A DNA stretch of 64,000 nt from an uncultured Chloroflexia bacterium. Its GTDB lineage: Bacteria > Chloroflexota > Limnocylindria > Limnocylindrales > CSP1-4. The notes under the pieces are model-generated. The model saw only the letters and a list, made by a program, of their open reading frames with translations, did not search any database and had not been told where the DNA came from. This document shows positions 63,932-64,000 of the stretch, piece after piece. How positions within the stretch are numbered: the first letter of the stretch is position 1; every line of letters begins with the position of its first letter. The position numbers and the translations under genes are program-made. The stretch lies in NCBI GenBank assembly GCA_963809215.1, contig CAWEIJ010000003.1, forward strand, positions 226,892 to 290,891, read 5' to 3'.

Positions 63932-64000
63932 GTGGTCGACCCCGGATCCGCTTCGACCGTGCCCCGGCCCTCGGGCCGCCGCCTGCGCGAGCTGCCGGCC
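63932..64000 (+). CDS. possible start of next gene (partial)
   Basis: GGAGG lies 6 nt upstream of GTG 63932. The frame is open to the window edge (VVDPGSASTVPRPSGRRLRELPA). Too short to judge. Confidence 0.25.
   Translation, partial: MVDPGSASTVPRPSGRRLRELPA

Overview
Very GC-rich (by eye about 70% or more) bacterial chromosomal segment. It is gene-dense, with about 59 protein-coding genes on both strands and many 1-4 nt start/stop overlaps. The content looks like core, housekeeping and regulatory genes of an Actinomycetota-like high-GC organism; this taxonomic placement is inference from gene content.

Genes recognised: pdxS-pdxT, a guaB3-like gene and guaA, tmk, galE, CCA-adding enzyme, nth, a family 4/5 UDG, TldD/PmbA, UPF0182, two F420-type enzymes (FGD-family LLM oxidoreductase, DDN-like), a SARP/AfsR-type regulator, a GAF histidine kinase with an OmpR-type regulator, an ECF sigma/anti-sigma pair, a GAF-GGDEF cyclase, a DarA-type c-di-AMP receptor, one intact Phd/VapC toxin-antitoxin pair, one PIN remnant, and an operon of glycosyltransferase / USP-USP-GpgS fusion / glycerate kinase. 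I found no rRNA, tRNA, CRISPR array, transposase or integrase.

Three signals dominate beyond the genes:
1. At least 14 reading-frame disruptions sit in otherwise well conserved genes. Most are single-base insertions, and seven fall within 36.5-39.0 kb.
2. Many promoters have the form TANNNT-N6-9-start codon, which implies leaderless mRNAs.
3. Short tandem repeat arrays occupy many intergenic regions, and an unusually long (about 0.6 kb) repeat-rich non-coding stretch lies upstream of pdxS.

The most interesting candidates for new biology:
- the USP-USP-GpgS operon
- the repeat-rich pdxS upstream region
- a catalytically degenerate DNA-ligase-like protein
- the c-di-GMP / c-di-AMP module inserted between tmk and darA
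- a chain of zinc-ribbon and membrane proteins around UPF0182

All functional calls come from reading motifs in the translated ORFs. No database search or computation was possible, and coordinates of sub-gene features may be off by 1-2 nt.
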